The translations under genes were made by a program, and so were the position numbers. A DNA stretch of 64,000 nucleotides from Setoptus koraiensis (Eukaryota; Animalia; Arthropoda), in the NCBI GenBank assembly GCA_048013815.1, contig CM106585.1:2294001-2358000 (forward strand). Reading direction: 5' to 3'. Shown here piece by piece: positions 13,901 to 27,187 of the stretch. The notes beneath the pieces were generated by a model. It had not been told where the DNA came from and ran no database searches. It worked only from the letters and a program-made list of their open reading frames with translations. Each line of letters begins with the position of its first letter. Positions within the stretch are counted from its first letter, which is position 1.

Positions 13901-14475
13901 GTAACAGGAAATAGAATCAATATCGATCGAACTCCCTATAATATCTCACCCTTATTCTAACTGAATTAAATTTCTAATATAATGTAACTTTTCACGAATG
14001 AGCTTTCGACACTGTGTAGATAATATCTCGCGCTCAGTTTATAATTTACAACTCAATAGTTTACTAATCTGCATCAACCTTTTCCCCATTACAAAAACCT
14101 TGATTTAAAAACAGGGTCCGAAAGGGCCTATCGGTCCTATGGTAAGGGCATCATTTTAATTTAACAACTCTTTCAAACTGCAAGACTAGAAAGAAAACTT
14201 TCTAATTGTCAACTTCCAATGACTTTTCAGGGCAAGATTGGTAAAAAAGGAGACAAAGGAAATCCTGGGGCGCCTGGCTTGGATGCTGTTGCCTGTCCTA
14301 TTGGCCCCGATGGGCTACCTGTTCCCGGATGTGCGTGGAAATCAGTAAGTTGAAATATCAGTTCAAATGGTTATACGATTGTTAAATTATATTCTTTCTA
14401 ATGAGACTAGCGTATTTCTTTGTTCAAATGAATCATCTTTTGCTACTATAGAATAACGCCGTGGCACCAATATGA
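10988..14475 (+). CDS. Membrane-associated collagen with interrupted triple helices (MACIT; collagen XIII/XXIII/XXV family), 5' exon(s) not located
   Basis: In-frame GT-AG exons: 10988-11195, 11329-11381, 11491-11553, 11651-11722, (11950-12003 possible alternative), 12094-12270, 12362-12371, 12464-12498, 12736-12816, 14115-14141, 14231-14344, 14452-14475 (last exon tentative). They encode a furin-type RSKR site, CMCPPGPPG, Gly-X-Y runs and the family C-terminus [21 protein letters not shown] (compare GLDAPCPLGxDGLPxxGCW of COL13/25). The transmembrane exon was not found. Confidence 0.9.
13206..13659 (+). pseudogene. Two decayed collagen exons (pseudo-exons) inside the collagen gene
   Basis: 13206-~13358 reads [44 protein letters not shown]. 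13455-13659 contains stops, a frameshift and [34 protein letters not shown] acceptors at 13204-05 and 13453-54 and a GTATGT donor at 13660 are retained. Confidence 0.85.
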
Positions 14476-14864
14476 AATATACTTGATCAATAGGTTTATA
14501 TAGGTGTGATCCTATTTTGAAGGATGATGAAATAAAATTATTAAACAGTTGTACAGTCTTACGATATCGCCGAAATTTTCAAACTCCACACAACACAAAA
14601 ATTTATTTTGGCGACAAGCTATTACTGGTTAGCTCAAAAGCTGTTTATTTTGATAGAAAAAACCACTTCAAGGAAATGTCTTTCTTTCTCCCGTTCCCTG
14701 ATTTTTCTCTATTCTTACGACTCTCTCACGAAATTGTTGTTCTGAAAAGCTATGTTGATATTTTATGAAATATTATATTATGTTACTGCATATTGTCATG
14801 AGAATACTATGATTCTAAGTTGATCACAAAATTATGCGTATATTTGGAAAATTCAACCAGTGGC

Positions 14865-16496
14865 CTAGTCTAGTTCCTTATCGGACAAAGGGAAGTTTTG
14901 CTTATCTTTTACAATGACAAACTCATCTTGGACAGTTCCATCCTTGTCATCGGATATTTGTTGAAATGTGAGCCTGGTCATAGTGGCATTCATACGAGTA
15001 AATCCGTAATCTGATATACGGGCGACAGAGCCTGTCTTGGGATCATTGCTAAACTTATCAATGTTTTCATCACACCCAGCCGAACCTGTGACTATGTGTA
15101 CAGGGGCACGAGAGTTGTGGTATGGGTTGCTTTTATCAATGGTGCCATTGTAAACTTTACCGTCATAAATAGGTAAGAAACGCTCGTAACTGTGTTGATG
15201 CGACCATATCAAAACATCGGCGCCAAATTTGTAGAACATTTTTTCTAGTCCATAAGCATTTAATACCGGAAGGCCCTTTCTCAGGATGTTCGAGTCTTTA
15301 GTGCAATCGTCTCCATCATTGCTAGAGCAGTACATAGGTCTGTGGCCTAGTACGATAATCCAGGGTCTCTTTGCTCGCTGCTCTGGTGATGAAGCCCTGC
15401 GTAGGTCTTCTTCCAACCAATAGTATTGATTGTGCAATGGTACCATGCCTGTTTGTTCTAAAAAGTAGTAAAACTCTGTTGAGAAGACTACAAAATGAAC
15501 AGGGCCCAAGTTGAATGAATAGTAGAAATTGTTTTTGGAACCATTTTCAAACCCTCCGCTATTGACCATAGTGAATCTGTGATTGTAGTGCGAGAAATTT
15601 TGTGCGATCTCATGATTACCTACAGACGTTTGATACGGTACTCTGGCTGCGATAGGCTCTATTTTTCTCATAAATTCATCACCATAAGCTCCATTGTTGG
15701 TATTGAGATCATACGCGAAATCGCCATTGTGAAAGATAGCGTCATATGAAGACTTGTCGACGTCCTTGATCAGTCTTGGTATAGATTGGCCATTGACCAA
15801 ACCAAGGTCTCCATATATTGCCATTCTTAGAACTCGATCGTTGGGCCAATCATCAGTTAATGACTTAAATGTAAAGATTTTGCTAGGTATATTTGTTTTC
15901 GATCCGTTTTTGAAAACTTTGGACTCCACTCTATACCAATAGACTTTATTTGGTACAAGATTAGTCAAGGCTGCTCGATAAGAATAAAGCTTACGTTTAG
16001 CAACCTTGGAAGTATTGTTGACCGTTCTTAAAGGTTCGATGGATTCAAAAGTGGAACTTGAACCCTTGACAACAAACTGTTTCATTGGTGTACGCTGTCT
16101 TCCGAAATGATAAGGTGAATGAGGACTTATATGCTCTTTAACCATGCCGTAGATAACAATTGAATCATTAACAAGTTCCATGGTGGACCATGTAACGTAC
16201 ATTTCTTTTGAGTTTGAGCCCAACGAAATATGAAGTTGTTCGGGCATGTAAGCCACATGATCGTAGTCTATTCCATCTAAGCCGACGTTGATTTTCTCAA
16301 TTGTGTAATAATATCTATGTGTAGTAGATTGGGCGAACAATATTAGAATCAATATCATGAATAGAAAGTATAAAAAATTAGCTCTTCTTGGGAGCTCCTC
16401 CTCGTATGGAGGCGGAGGTGTCGAATTGGGTCCATCAAAGATAACCACAGGTGATCCGGGAGGGATTTTAATTGATTTGTTGTTCAATGGTTGCAT
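14865..16496 (-). CDS. ACP7: Purple acid phosphatase-like protein (acid phosphatase type 7), intronless, 543 aa
   Basis: Metallophosphoesterase motifs GDLG, GDFAY, GNHE, HRPMY and SHQHSYER; PEQLHIS at the start of the FN3-like N-domain; C-terminal PVHIVTGSAGC. Confidence 0.95.
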   Translation of the reverse strand: MQPLNNKSIKIPPGSPVVIFDGPNSTPPPPYEEELPRRANFLYFLFMILILILFAQSTTHRYYYTIEKINVGLDGIDYDHVAYMPEQLHISLGSNSKEMYVTWSTMELVNDSIVIYGMVKEHISPHSPYHFGRQRTPMKQFVVKGSSSTFESIEPLRTVNNTSKVAKRKLYSYRAALTNLVPNKVYWYRVESKVFKNGSKTNIPSKIFTFKSLTDDWPNDRVLRMAIYGDLGLVNGQSIPRLIKDVDKSSYDAIFHNGDFAYDLNTNNGAYGDEFMRKIEPIAARVPYQTSVGNHEIAQNFSHYNHRFTMVNSGGFENGSKNNFYYSFNLGPVHFVVFSTEFYYFLEQTGMVPLHNQYYWLEEDLRRASSPEQRAKRPWIIVLGHRPMYCSSNDGDDCTKDSNILRKGLPVLNAYGLEKMFYKFGADVLIWSHQHSYERFLPIYDGKVYNGTIDKSNPYHNSRAPVHIVTGSAGCDENIDKFSNDPKTGSVARISDYGFTRMNATMTRLTFQQISDDKDGTVQDEFVIVKDKQNFPLSDKELD

Positions 16497-17466
16497 GATA
16501 CAGTATAATCTATACTAGTCTGGTTGATTAATATGAAATAATTTGACTTAATACAATTCAATCAATTTAGAAAATATTACTAATGAATCTTTTTACGATT
16601 GTCTGTGATTGATTTGTAGAAATATTCATTACATTTCGTGTCATCAGTTATAGTGATGATGATATTCTATTACGTAGTTATCGTAGCGTTAAAATATTTT
16701 AGCTTGGCTTGTATCTACTGCGTCTATTATGTAAAAATTGTGCGAATTCGTATCTCAGCAACTCATATCTCAGGATACAGGCACCAAGTTATACAGGTGG
16801 TTTATTTTTAATGAATAATAGTTTGGGGATAAATATCCTTCAGTGATATAGTAAGTGAAAATTTTACGTCGCTATTTGCAATAGTATATTGATACCACTG
16901 ATAATATTAGTTTTATGGCGAGTTAAATGTCATTTCTTTCTTCATTCAACGGCGTCAACTGCAGCAGCAACAGCATCGACAACGGCAACAACAACAACAA
17001 CAACAATAACAAAAAAAAAACAATAATAATAACAGTGCGTTTCAAGTTTCAGCACATGCTCCGTAAGATAAAACTAGTTCAAAATGGTGCCTAACCTAAT
17101 GAAAGGAATTTTCATTGAAACGAAAGATAATTTTGCTGCAGATAGAATTTTTTTTAAACACTCTACATCGAAAATCCTATTGGCGAATAATTATTTAATA
17201 GAGATTAGAATCCCCCAATGCCATGCAATAACCGAAAATTGGAAATTAGGAAAACTCTAGCCATAGATCCAGTCTGTTCGGAATACTCAACACTGAGATC
17301 ACTAAAAGATGAAGATCACCCTCTACATGAATCGGATTTATAGGTTAATGTAATATTACAATACTGATACTATAAACAAGTATAGTTATCATTGTATGGT
17401 AACAGTAACTGGGAGATATTATCTGAATTTTATAATTGCAGGCTAGTGCCTCAGAGTTTATCCAAG

Positions 17467-18280
17467 ATGCCCACATCAATCAACTCAATAAATTCTGCCC
17501 ATACCGAGGTAGCTTCTAATTTATTGTCCTCGACAACACCCGATTCATATTGGTACCAGTTTCCCGAAGTAAACAACATGATGGATCTAGTTTCTATCGG
17601 CGTGTCGATCGCATTCATCTTCGGAGGAATTGTTCCTTACATTCCTCGTGAGTATTTTTATATTGTATCATACCAATAAGTCGCTCACTTGATTTTTTCT
17701 ATACCATTATAAATTGAGTCATTTCTTCTTCTCTTGTTCTACCAAGAATATTTAACTATAAAGAGGATTGCCAATAGCGAAGGATTCTCAACCTATGGTA
17801 GGCAAAAACTAGAAAACAAAAGACTTGTAACGTTTCCTCATCCAGTGTAATAACCGTATCTATTATATTCCCACTGGTTTATATGATAAGTATGTTTGAC
17901 CCTACTTATAGCCAACATTTTGAGGATTTTATTCTGGTTAGTATTCGGCGATTTAACCCAAGAAAAGTCATCATGTTACTATTATTTGGTTAAAACTCTG
18001 AGCATGTATAATTTTGTCTTCTAGGTTTGGACGCAGATACAAGACAGCAATACTTTTGCAAAGTTTTGTCATGATTATTGGGATGTTAGCTATGATGGAG
18101 TTATGTGTAAGAGTTAAGAATAAGTCTCGTTCGACATCAAATGATGAGCGGAAGGGGATGTCTCGATGCGCGGAGGTCCTTGTGGAGACAGTTCTAGTCG
18201 CGCACAATGTGAGAGCGCGATCCAGCGATTTATTCAGGAGTATCCGTCGGCGTGCGTCGCGGAAGTCTGACATCATATGA
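17467..18280 (+). CDS. SLC66A2: PQ-loop repeat protein (PQLC1/SLC66A2-like), only the N-terminal PQ-loop half visible
   Basis: Exons 17467-17647, 17747-17797, 17891-17936 and 18025-18280 splice to [58 protein letters not shown], typical of PQLC1. The 3' end is uncertain because it lies next to an assembly gap. Confidence 0.8.
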
Positions 18281-18464
18281 ATCTAAGATCTTCGATAGAT
18301 ACTTGGACTCTTAGAAACACTCACTCACCGTGGATACTCACTCTACGCTCTGAGCTCTCTCCACAAATTCCGTCCATCATTACAGTAACGCAATGACGTC
18401 ATCTCAGCCATCAGGCATGAACGCTGGCGTACACACAGGGAAAACGTAACCACGGTTTACTTAT

Positions 18465-19963
<1,499 letters not shown>

Positions 19964-20534
19964 AAACAGAGAAGAAAAAGAAAGAAAGAAATCCAAAGTG
20001 AAACCATGATTTGATTGTCAGATACTTGGACTATTTCCGGGTTAATCACATTTGTTTAGATTGAGCGATGTACATAGCGTCATTAAAATAAAAACTTATA
20101 CTTCATAAAGGTCAACTTTTTACAGCATTGATGTCATTTATCTAGGATATGACTTAGAGGATTGATTTCGTACGCTTTCACTAAATATGACCATCTTCAA
20201 TTGAAGCATCACAGCAGAGGAGTTTGGTGAAAATATAAGTCAACTTTCAATCGGTATGTATCTACATGTGCCGTGCTTAAAAATTTGTTGAAATCCTTTG
20301 CAACGGAATAGAAATATCTTGCATTGAAAGGATTTAACTAGAGCTCTATTGATTCTTAGTTAAGTCCATGCTTATCGAGGAACTTCTTGGTGTATACGTA
20401 TTCTGTGCTAACAAACAGAATTCTTCTTGACATGTGTAATACGTGACGACGATAATTTATAGTATCTCTATGTACATTCTAATCACAACGATAGAAAGCT
20501 TTCCTCTAATGCAGGAGTCTCCGTCGATGATACT

Positions 20535-21549
20535 TCAATCAGATGGGTGCTCTGGACAAGAACGATTAACTTGAAACCAAGAATCTATGCAACTGGATAG
20601 AGTCAGAAAATACATCTCGATTAGAACAAAGGATATCGGCGGGTTGAGTCATAATATACCTATAAGTATATATGAAGACAAACCTTTTATGATAAATACA
20701 AAGACAGGGCAGTCTTGCAATTGTTTCGCCTTGTACAAGATCCTCCAGGCATATCACACACTCTCCTTTGTTATCTTTAAGGACATCCTCTATAGATAGA
20801 TATTGATAAGAATGTAGGTGAATAGAAATTAGGGAATGATGATTTCGTATCGAAACTAAGGAAATTTATATTATGATATTGGCCTTGCACTAACCATTAT
20901 AGCTGAGTCTATTTGGTTTCGTCAGGCACATCAGTAAGTGATATTCCATATCGTCTGTTTGCACTTGTTTGGAGCATACTGGACATTTAAATCCTGATAT
21001 TAAGATGGATATGAATGGATATAATTTATCAATAGGGTAGAGGAAAATCATCCATTTCGTCACGCATTTTCTACTAACCATTGTGTGTCATAAATTGAGA
21101 AGGGAACGATCGAGATGAGAACAAATCTAAAGGGTATAGAGTTGAACCATCTATGCTCGAGGGTGTCATTTCGGGTCCTAGATTGGTTAAGAGATTGGGC
21201 ATATGACATTAGTATAAAGATAACTGTTACATTTAGTTAGATGCCGAGATATTAATATGTACTAACCAGGATTATCTAGTTCGCTTAATTCTCCAATAAC
21301 ATCAGCGGCAGCATTGGAAAGACTTCTAGGTCGTGCTGTTATACCCGATCGGTAGTCAGATGAAGAGGATGGACCTCTTACATAACAATTAGTTGCAGTT
21401 ATTAGAGATGACGACGGTGAAGGATGGTTGTTTCTGTAATGTGAACTGTTACCAGCATGATACCCATGATGGTGATTTGTTTCTGTTGGAGATATGCCTC
21501 CTGCTCCTGGTGGTGCCTGCTGAGGGGGCACAGATATTCTAGAGCCCAT
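20535..21549 (-). CDS. ZNRF1/2: E3 ubiquitin ligase ZNRF1/ZNRF2 ortholog, 181 aa
   Basis: Exons 21549-21267, 20993-20895, 20789-20684, 20592-20535. N-myristoylation-type MGSRIS, RPRSL motif, UBZ-type GFKCPVCSK..HLLMCLTKP, and RING-H2 ECVICLEDL..IARLPCLCIYHKSCIDSWFQVNRSCPEHP. Confidence 0.95.
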
Positions 21550-22595
21550 ATTCCAATAGACAAAACAGTTGTTTTAATAAGTTGAATATCTTAAATCCAA
21601 GGTGATGAGGTATCAGGTGTGTCTCTTTATTTCTTGACCAATATAATCTATAAACGCTAATAGAATTGTAAAACCATGGTTGTAGTGACTATGTTATTAG
21701 AATACCATTGGCTTCAATAGGGTAACAATAATAATGACGATGACGAATATGACGACAATTAGTCAATAGAAATTGATAGTATTTCGAAGGTCTATCATTA
21801 ATAATATTCAATAATTTTTTATAATGATGATAGTAGTATATTTGCAATAGAATATTAATTTATCTGACTATAAGCTTTTATTTCAGTGAATCGCGATGAT
21901 AATGAAATATAGACTTGGATCAATTATTATAATAGGCTATCTCCCACGTCGCAATATTTTTTCCTGCTTATTATTTTGTCCTGCTTATCTTTCATAAGCA
22001 TTATCTCGCGTTGTTGTTCGTGTTGTTGTTAAATGCTAGCTGTATACATACTATGGGTACAAAGCTTTGCTGTTGTTGTTGAAAATAAAAACATACACAC
22101 ACAAAACTCTCATGAACTCAAGAATAATGCCCCGATCACTACACAACATGAACAGATATATCCTAGAATCTAGATAATGTTGAGAAGTTCCGAACGGTGT
22201 GCGGAACCATTCAATGAACCGCGTTCAGTTTCGCGCAAGTTCCGCCCTATTGTGAGTTTATACAAGCCAATCAGCCGGGTTAGAGTTTGTCGACACGCCC
22301 AGCGACTTACTAATCTTGTTGAAAGCGCGTGATTAAAACTATTCGTTTATCATTGGACATACACAAACATTTTATCAATTGCATTTAGGCGCTGGGAGAG
22401 GAAATTTTATAAAATTCGTCACAAATCATCAGTTAATCAGGAGACATGCATGTATTGTTGAGAAGGGCTAATTTTGCACCTTTACATTACACCTAGCGAA
22501 CCACAACGAATGATGGTGATTGTTTAGCTTGACTATGCTTCATCTAGGATGGCACGTATTTTGAAGTTAAGCATACAGCTCAATATCCGAAGCAA

Positions 22596-22678
22596 GTCAG
22601 GATGGCCGAGTGGTCTAAGGCGCCAGACTTAAGTTCTGGTCCTCAATGAGGGCGTGGGTTCGAACCCCACTTCTGACA
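22596..22678 (+). tRNA. tRNA-Leu, anticodon TAA, no intron
   Basis: GTCAGGA/TTCTGAC acceptor stem, A-box TGGCCGAGTGG, anticodon arm CCAGA-CTTAAGT-TCTGG, long variable arm, B-box GGTTCGAACCC. Confidence 0.95.
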
Positions 22679-22686
22679 CTCTTAAC

Positions 22687-22691
22687 TTTTT
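22687..22691 (+). terminator. Pol III terminator (T5) for the tRNA
   Basis: TTTTT begins 9 nt after the tRNA 3' end. Confidence 0.7.
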
Positions 22692-23588
22692 GCGACATTA
22701 CTTGCCACGGTACAACTCATGTTTCTTCTGATGTTTTAACACTCCACTTTCATTATCATTACTATCTTGCTCTGGTTTCTTATTAAATTCATTCGATTTG
22801 TTTGATGATGATAGTAGTTGTTGTTGCTCTCGATCTGATTCGTTAAATCAGTGTCCATAGTTTACATCTAGGGATTACATAGAAAAAATAAACAACAAAA
22901 AGTAACATAGAAAAGGATGCATTCGGTTCCGATTCCCAAAGTTCTGAGAACAAAACAAGCAAAAGGTCCTCGAGTCGCTTCTGAATAAACACCAGAGGCA
23001 TGTTTGTCTCAATGGATGGTTTTTGCAACTCTCATTGCTGCGAAGTTCTCATTGTAGTCTATTTCTTTAGTTCGATTCATTTACTCTAGAGGACGCCTGG
23101 TGCACTGGGTTGTTAGCTGCTATTTACTAGCCTTTCGAATGAAAAGCTATTCATGCGCGCAGAAACACGCTCAAAGATGAAAGTTGTTCAGTCTCATGAT
23201 CATTTATCCATCTAGAGTAAGTATCTGTGCCCCATGAAAAACAATGGCGTATTCATGCACAGTGAGCAGTAGAAATACTAATTCAAAGAATTGTGCCGCA
23301 CAATTTGGTTGTGATGGACTTGGTGAAGTAGCTTCAGTATACCATCGAAGCGGTGTTCGTAATGTTCCACATGTTACATTCGTTATTATTTAGTATGGAG
23401 AGAATTTTAACAATACATACACCTGACACGCTTAGAATGTTGGCGTTCTAGTGACAATCGAGCATTCCCTTGGATGATGATGCTATTGTCTATTGTCGAA
23501 CACAGATCAAATTGATTAATCAAGCAATGTTTGGATGATGACGCGCCACAGATGACTAAGAACGCAAAGAAAATAACACAAATTTACA

Positions 23589-25342
23589 ATGGAGTTTGCG
23601 GAATTAATTAAGATACCAAGATTGGATAATGTTATACTCCATAGGCCACTCCATTCGCCCACAGAGGTTACACTCTGCATTACCTGTCACCACCTTATAT
23701 TATCGGCACGCAATGATAAGGACGATGAGTTATGGGTAATTAATCGGCTCTTTAGTCTTCAAACTATATACACAGTAGAAACGTGGTTGTTCAAATTAAC
23801 CTTGTGTTTATTATTCTTTCAAATCCAACATTTCTCATTTAGATACTTCATGTTATGGTCGATGTTCTTGAAAAGAGAATTACCAATTCTCAAAGCTCGC
23901 TGATTTTAAAATGTAAAGATTTCAGACGGATCCAGTTAGATGTCAGAGGCCAAGAAGAGCTACGGAGCATAGCCAACTCAATTGAGTGGTTGTCTAATCA
24001 TCAAATGGATGATCCCAGATTATTGTATCCATTCTTCTTCCGTGCAATGTTTGACATAGTTGAAGACGGTTGGTACACATTCGATATACAAAGGGAATAC
24101 AGAAAACTGCTCATGCACTTGGACGATTGGCGAATTAGTAATGTCAACAAAAACTATGCTCTTTGTCCGACCTATCCCGAATCAGTAATTGTTCCTAAGT
24201 CAATCTCAGACGAAAGCTTAGCCAAGGTAGCAAATTTCAGATGTCTTGGGCGATTCCCAGTCCTCAGTTACATCCACAAAATAAATAAGGCAGTCATAGT
24301 TAGATCGGGGCAGCCTATGATAGGCCCAAATAACAAGAGATGCAAGGAGGACGAAAGACTTATGAATGCAATCATAGGAAGCAGGAGAGGCTATATTATA
24401 GAAACAAGAACTTTGAATATAGCTCAATTAGCGAAAACCAAAGGTGGCGGCCATGAACCAGAAGCACATTATCCTCTTCTCAGACGAGTCCATCGACCCA
24501 TCGACCGGCATGTAACTATCCTTGACTCGCTGCACAAATTGGTAGAAGCTTGCAATGATAAACAGTCCACAACAGATAAATGGTTGAGCCGATTAGAATC
24601 AGCCGGATGGTTAAGACATATTAAAGACGTTCTGACATGTGCATGTTTAGTTGCACAATGTATTGATCAAGAAAGCGCCTCAGTTCTAGTTCACGGCTCA
24701 GAGGGAATGGATTCCACTTTACAAGTATGTTCCCTAGCACAAATCATTCTAGATCCTGATTGCAGGACACTTCAAGGGTTCGAGGCGTTATTAGAGCGCG
24801 AATGGCTACAGGCTGGTCATCCATTTGCCACTCGATGCAAAAGCTCGGCCTACGCCTCTCCTACCTCGGAAAAAAGAGAACAAAGTCCAACATTCCTATT
24901 ATTTCTGGACTGTGTCTGGCAAATTCATTTACAATTCCCTTGTTCATTCGAATTTAATGAGGACTTCCTTCTGCTACTGTTTGAGAATGCATATGGATCT
25001 CAATTTGGCACTTTTCTCGGCAACTGTCCAAAGGAAAGAAGTGATTTTACTTTTCACACAAAAACTGTGTCGCTCTGGTCGTACGTCAATAAACCTGATA
25101 TAATGCCCAAGTTTCTGAATCCGGTATACGAACCAAACAATCAAGCAATATGGCCGTCCGTCGCCCCACAAAGCCTGGAATTGTGGGATCGGGTATTTCT
25201 ACGCTGGTCGGTAGATTTAAGTTTCGTAGAGAAGACTCAAAAGGGTTTGACTCTAATGAGGTCACAGCAAAAAGAATTGAGAAACGAGGTGGAAAGGTTG
25301 AAGAGAAGATTAATAGATTTCGCTGATTGTCAATCACCTTGA
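23589..25342 (+). CDS. MTMR9: Myotubularin-related protein 9 (catalytically inactive), 548 aa
   Basis: Exon 1 23589-23735 (MEFAELIKIPRLDNV) and exon 2 23843-25342. Pseudo-active site VHGSEGMDSTLQV lacks the catalytic Cys/Arg; also EREWLQAGHPF, QFPCSFEFNE, WPSVAPQSL and a C-terminal coiled coil. Confidence 0.95.
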
Positions 25343-26141
25343 TTACCATCGACTATTTATGATGGAGGTGGGCGCCGAAGATTGTTGATATCAGTGGTAG
25401 TCCATAATTCTAAACTAATTATATGATGTCCAGTTTTTGTATACATGGTGGCAAACTGCAATTCCGAGTTGTTGAGAAAAATTTGTTAACATATTTACTC
25501 TAAAATAATTAAAGTATTACAAATTATAGTACTTACACATTGATCATTCGTATGGCAAGCTTGATAGGTTTTACTTTCTTCTCTACTCTCACCTCTTTTA
25601 TCGTGTAATAGGTAGGTTCATCTGAAGACTTCCGCCTCGAAAAGCCGATGCTTTGAGTGCGCACTACTATCGTTGTAACTGATTTGTTTAATAGGCATTT
25701 GATAATATAGGCGTCTCATTGTGATGTTGCTGTATTTGGCGTCACTTATCGGCCTGAAATATATGATTGAGCAATTTTAACTTGTAATTAATACGCACAA
25801 TCATAAGTTTCAGGTCAACTGTGAGCCCTGAACATTTGCTGGATAAAATATCAACACTAAATCGAAGATCTTTCTTTCTTTCGCCTATATGCCTCTGTCT
25901 GTAATATATAAAGTGTATAATTTTATAAATATATATTGAATTATTTGAGCAAATGCTATTAATTTGAACAATCCAGAGACCTGAATATTGTATTGACCAG
26001 ATTGATTGGGAGGAACTGAATGGTAAAGGGATAAAATCATTTTTAAATAGATCATTGGACTTTGCTGTCGCTGTCAGTGATTTGTTCCTATATATATGGT
26101 GAACTTGTTCACAAGCGCGCAGCCTATATAGTGCGCATAAA
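25042..26141 (+). repeat. Left arm of a 1100-bp inverted repeat (MTMR9 3' CDS plus 3' flank)
   Basis: Reverse complement of 27188-28287. Compared largely line by line: no indels and about 4 substitutions seen, all near the arm ends. Confidence 0.95.
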
Positions 26142-26922
26142 GGGTGTTGGGTAAGACATGTCAATGGTATATTGTGGTGGGATGTGCCTTCTACGATGCG
26201 TTTTTCCTACCATGATGTCATGAAATAAAAGTTACAAGTGCATTTCAGAGTTGGTCCTTACGATGGCGCTTTATTGTTGGTCGAAAAGAAAGTGAGTTTG
26301 CCAGATATCTATCTTCGACGCACAAGCGCCACCTCATGTATCGAACATAACTAGTTGCAGAAACAATACTTTTTCAGTGCACACATCTCGCTCGAAAATT
26401 ACAGATTGTGCCAAGCCCCGGCTAGATAGTGCTTAGGGAACATAAATGAGCCCTCAATTCCAATGGACGTAATTTTGAGGCACAACGGACTCTCTGTGCC
26501 TTTTCTGTGCGAAATTCTCAGAGAATCATTGGCATATCTCATCGAACACCCTTTAAATCAACCTTGTCGAGTCAATAGAATTTGTTTGTGACTCAGTTGT
26601 TGTATGCATCTTTCGCCATCTCGTGAAACTTGACCAAAAGTACCACGATAATGCCTGAACCATTCTATTCACAAGATGGCGGCTGATGCACCACCACAAG
26701 ATGTATCGCCAGTATCGCCACTACCACCACTAACCACCATTTTGGACAGAAGCAGGCGCAATCTCTCGGTGTATCCCCCGAACCTTGAAGCCAGATAACC
26801 ATATAAGGTTGCCTGGTATGCCGTGCGCCATCCGCCATTTTGTGAAGAATAATGTACAAAGTTTGGCCAACGTAGGTTCACGAGATGGCGGATGACGCAC
26901 ATTACATCGGCGCAGCTAAACT

Positions 26923-27030
26923 ACAACAGCAACGACAGCAACAACAGCAACAACAGCAACGACAGCAACAACAGCAACGACAGCAACAACAGCAACGACA
27001 GCAACAACAGCAACGACAGCAACAACAACC
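26923..27030. repeat. 18-bp-period CAA/CAG/CGA tandem repeat in the inverted-repeat spacer
   Basis: About 5 copies of AACAGCAACGACAGCAAC, followed by ACT/ACA-rich low complexity to about 27150. Confidence 0.85.
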
Positions 27031-27187
27031 CCGACTGCAGTAAGAGCAAATATATCAACTACTACCACAGCTACCAGAGCGGCAACTACTACCACAGCAG
27101 CAACTACAACTACGACTACAACTACAACTACGACTGCCACTACAATTACCATTATACTAACAAACGCCATCGACTAGGCAAGGTCTA

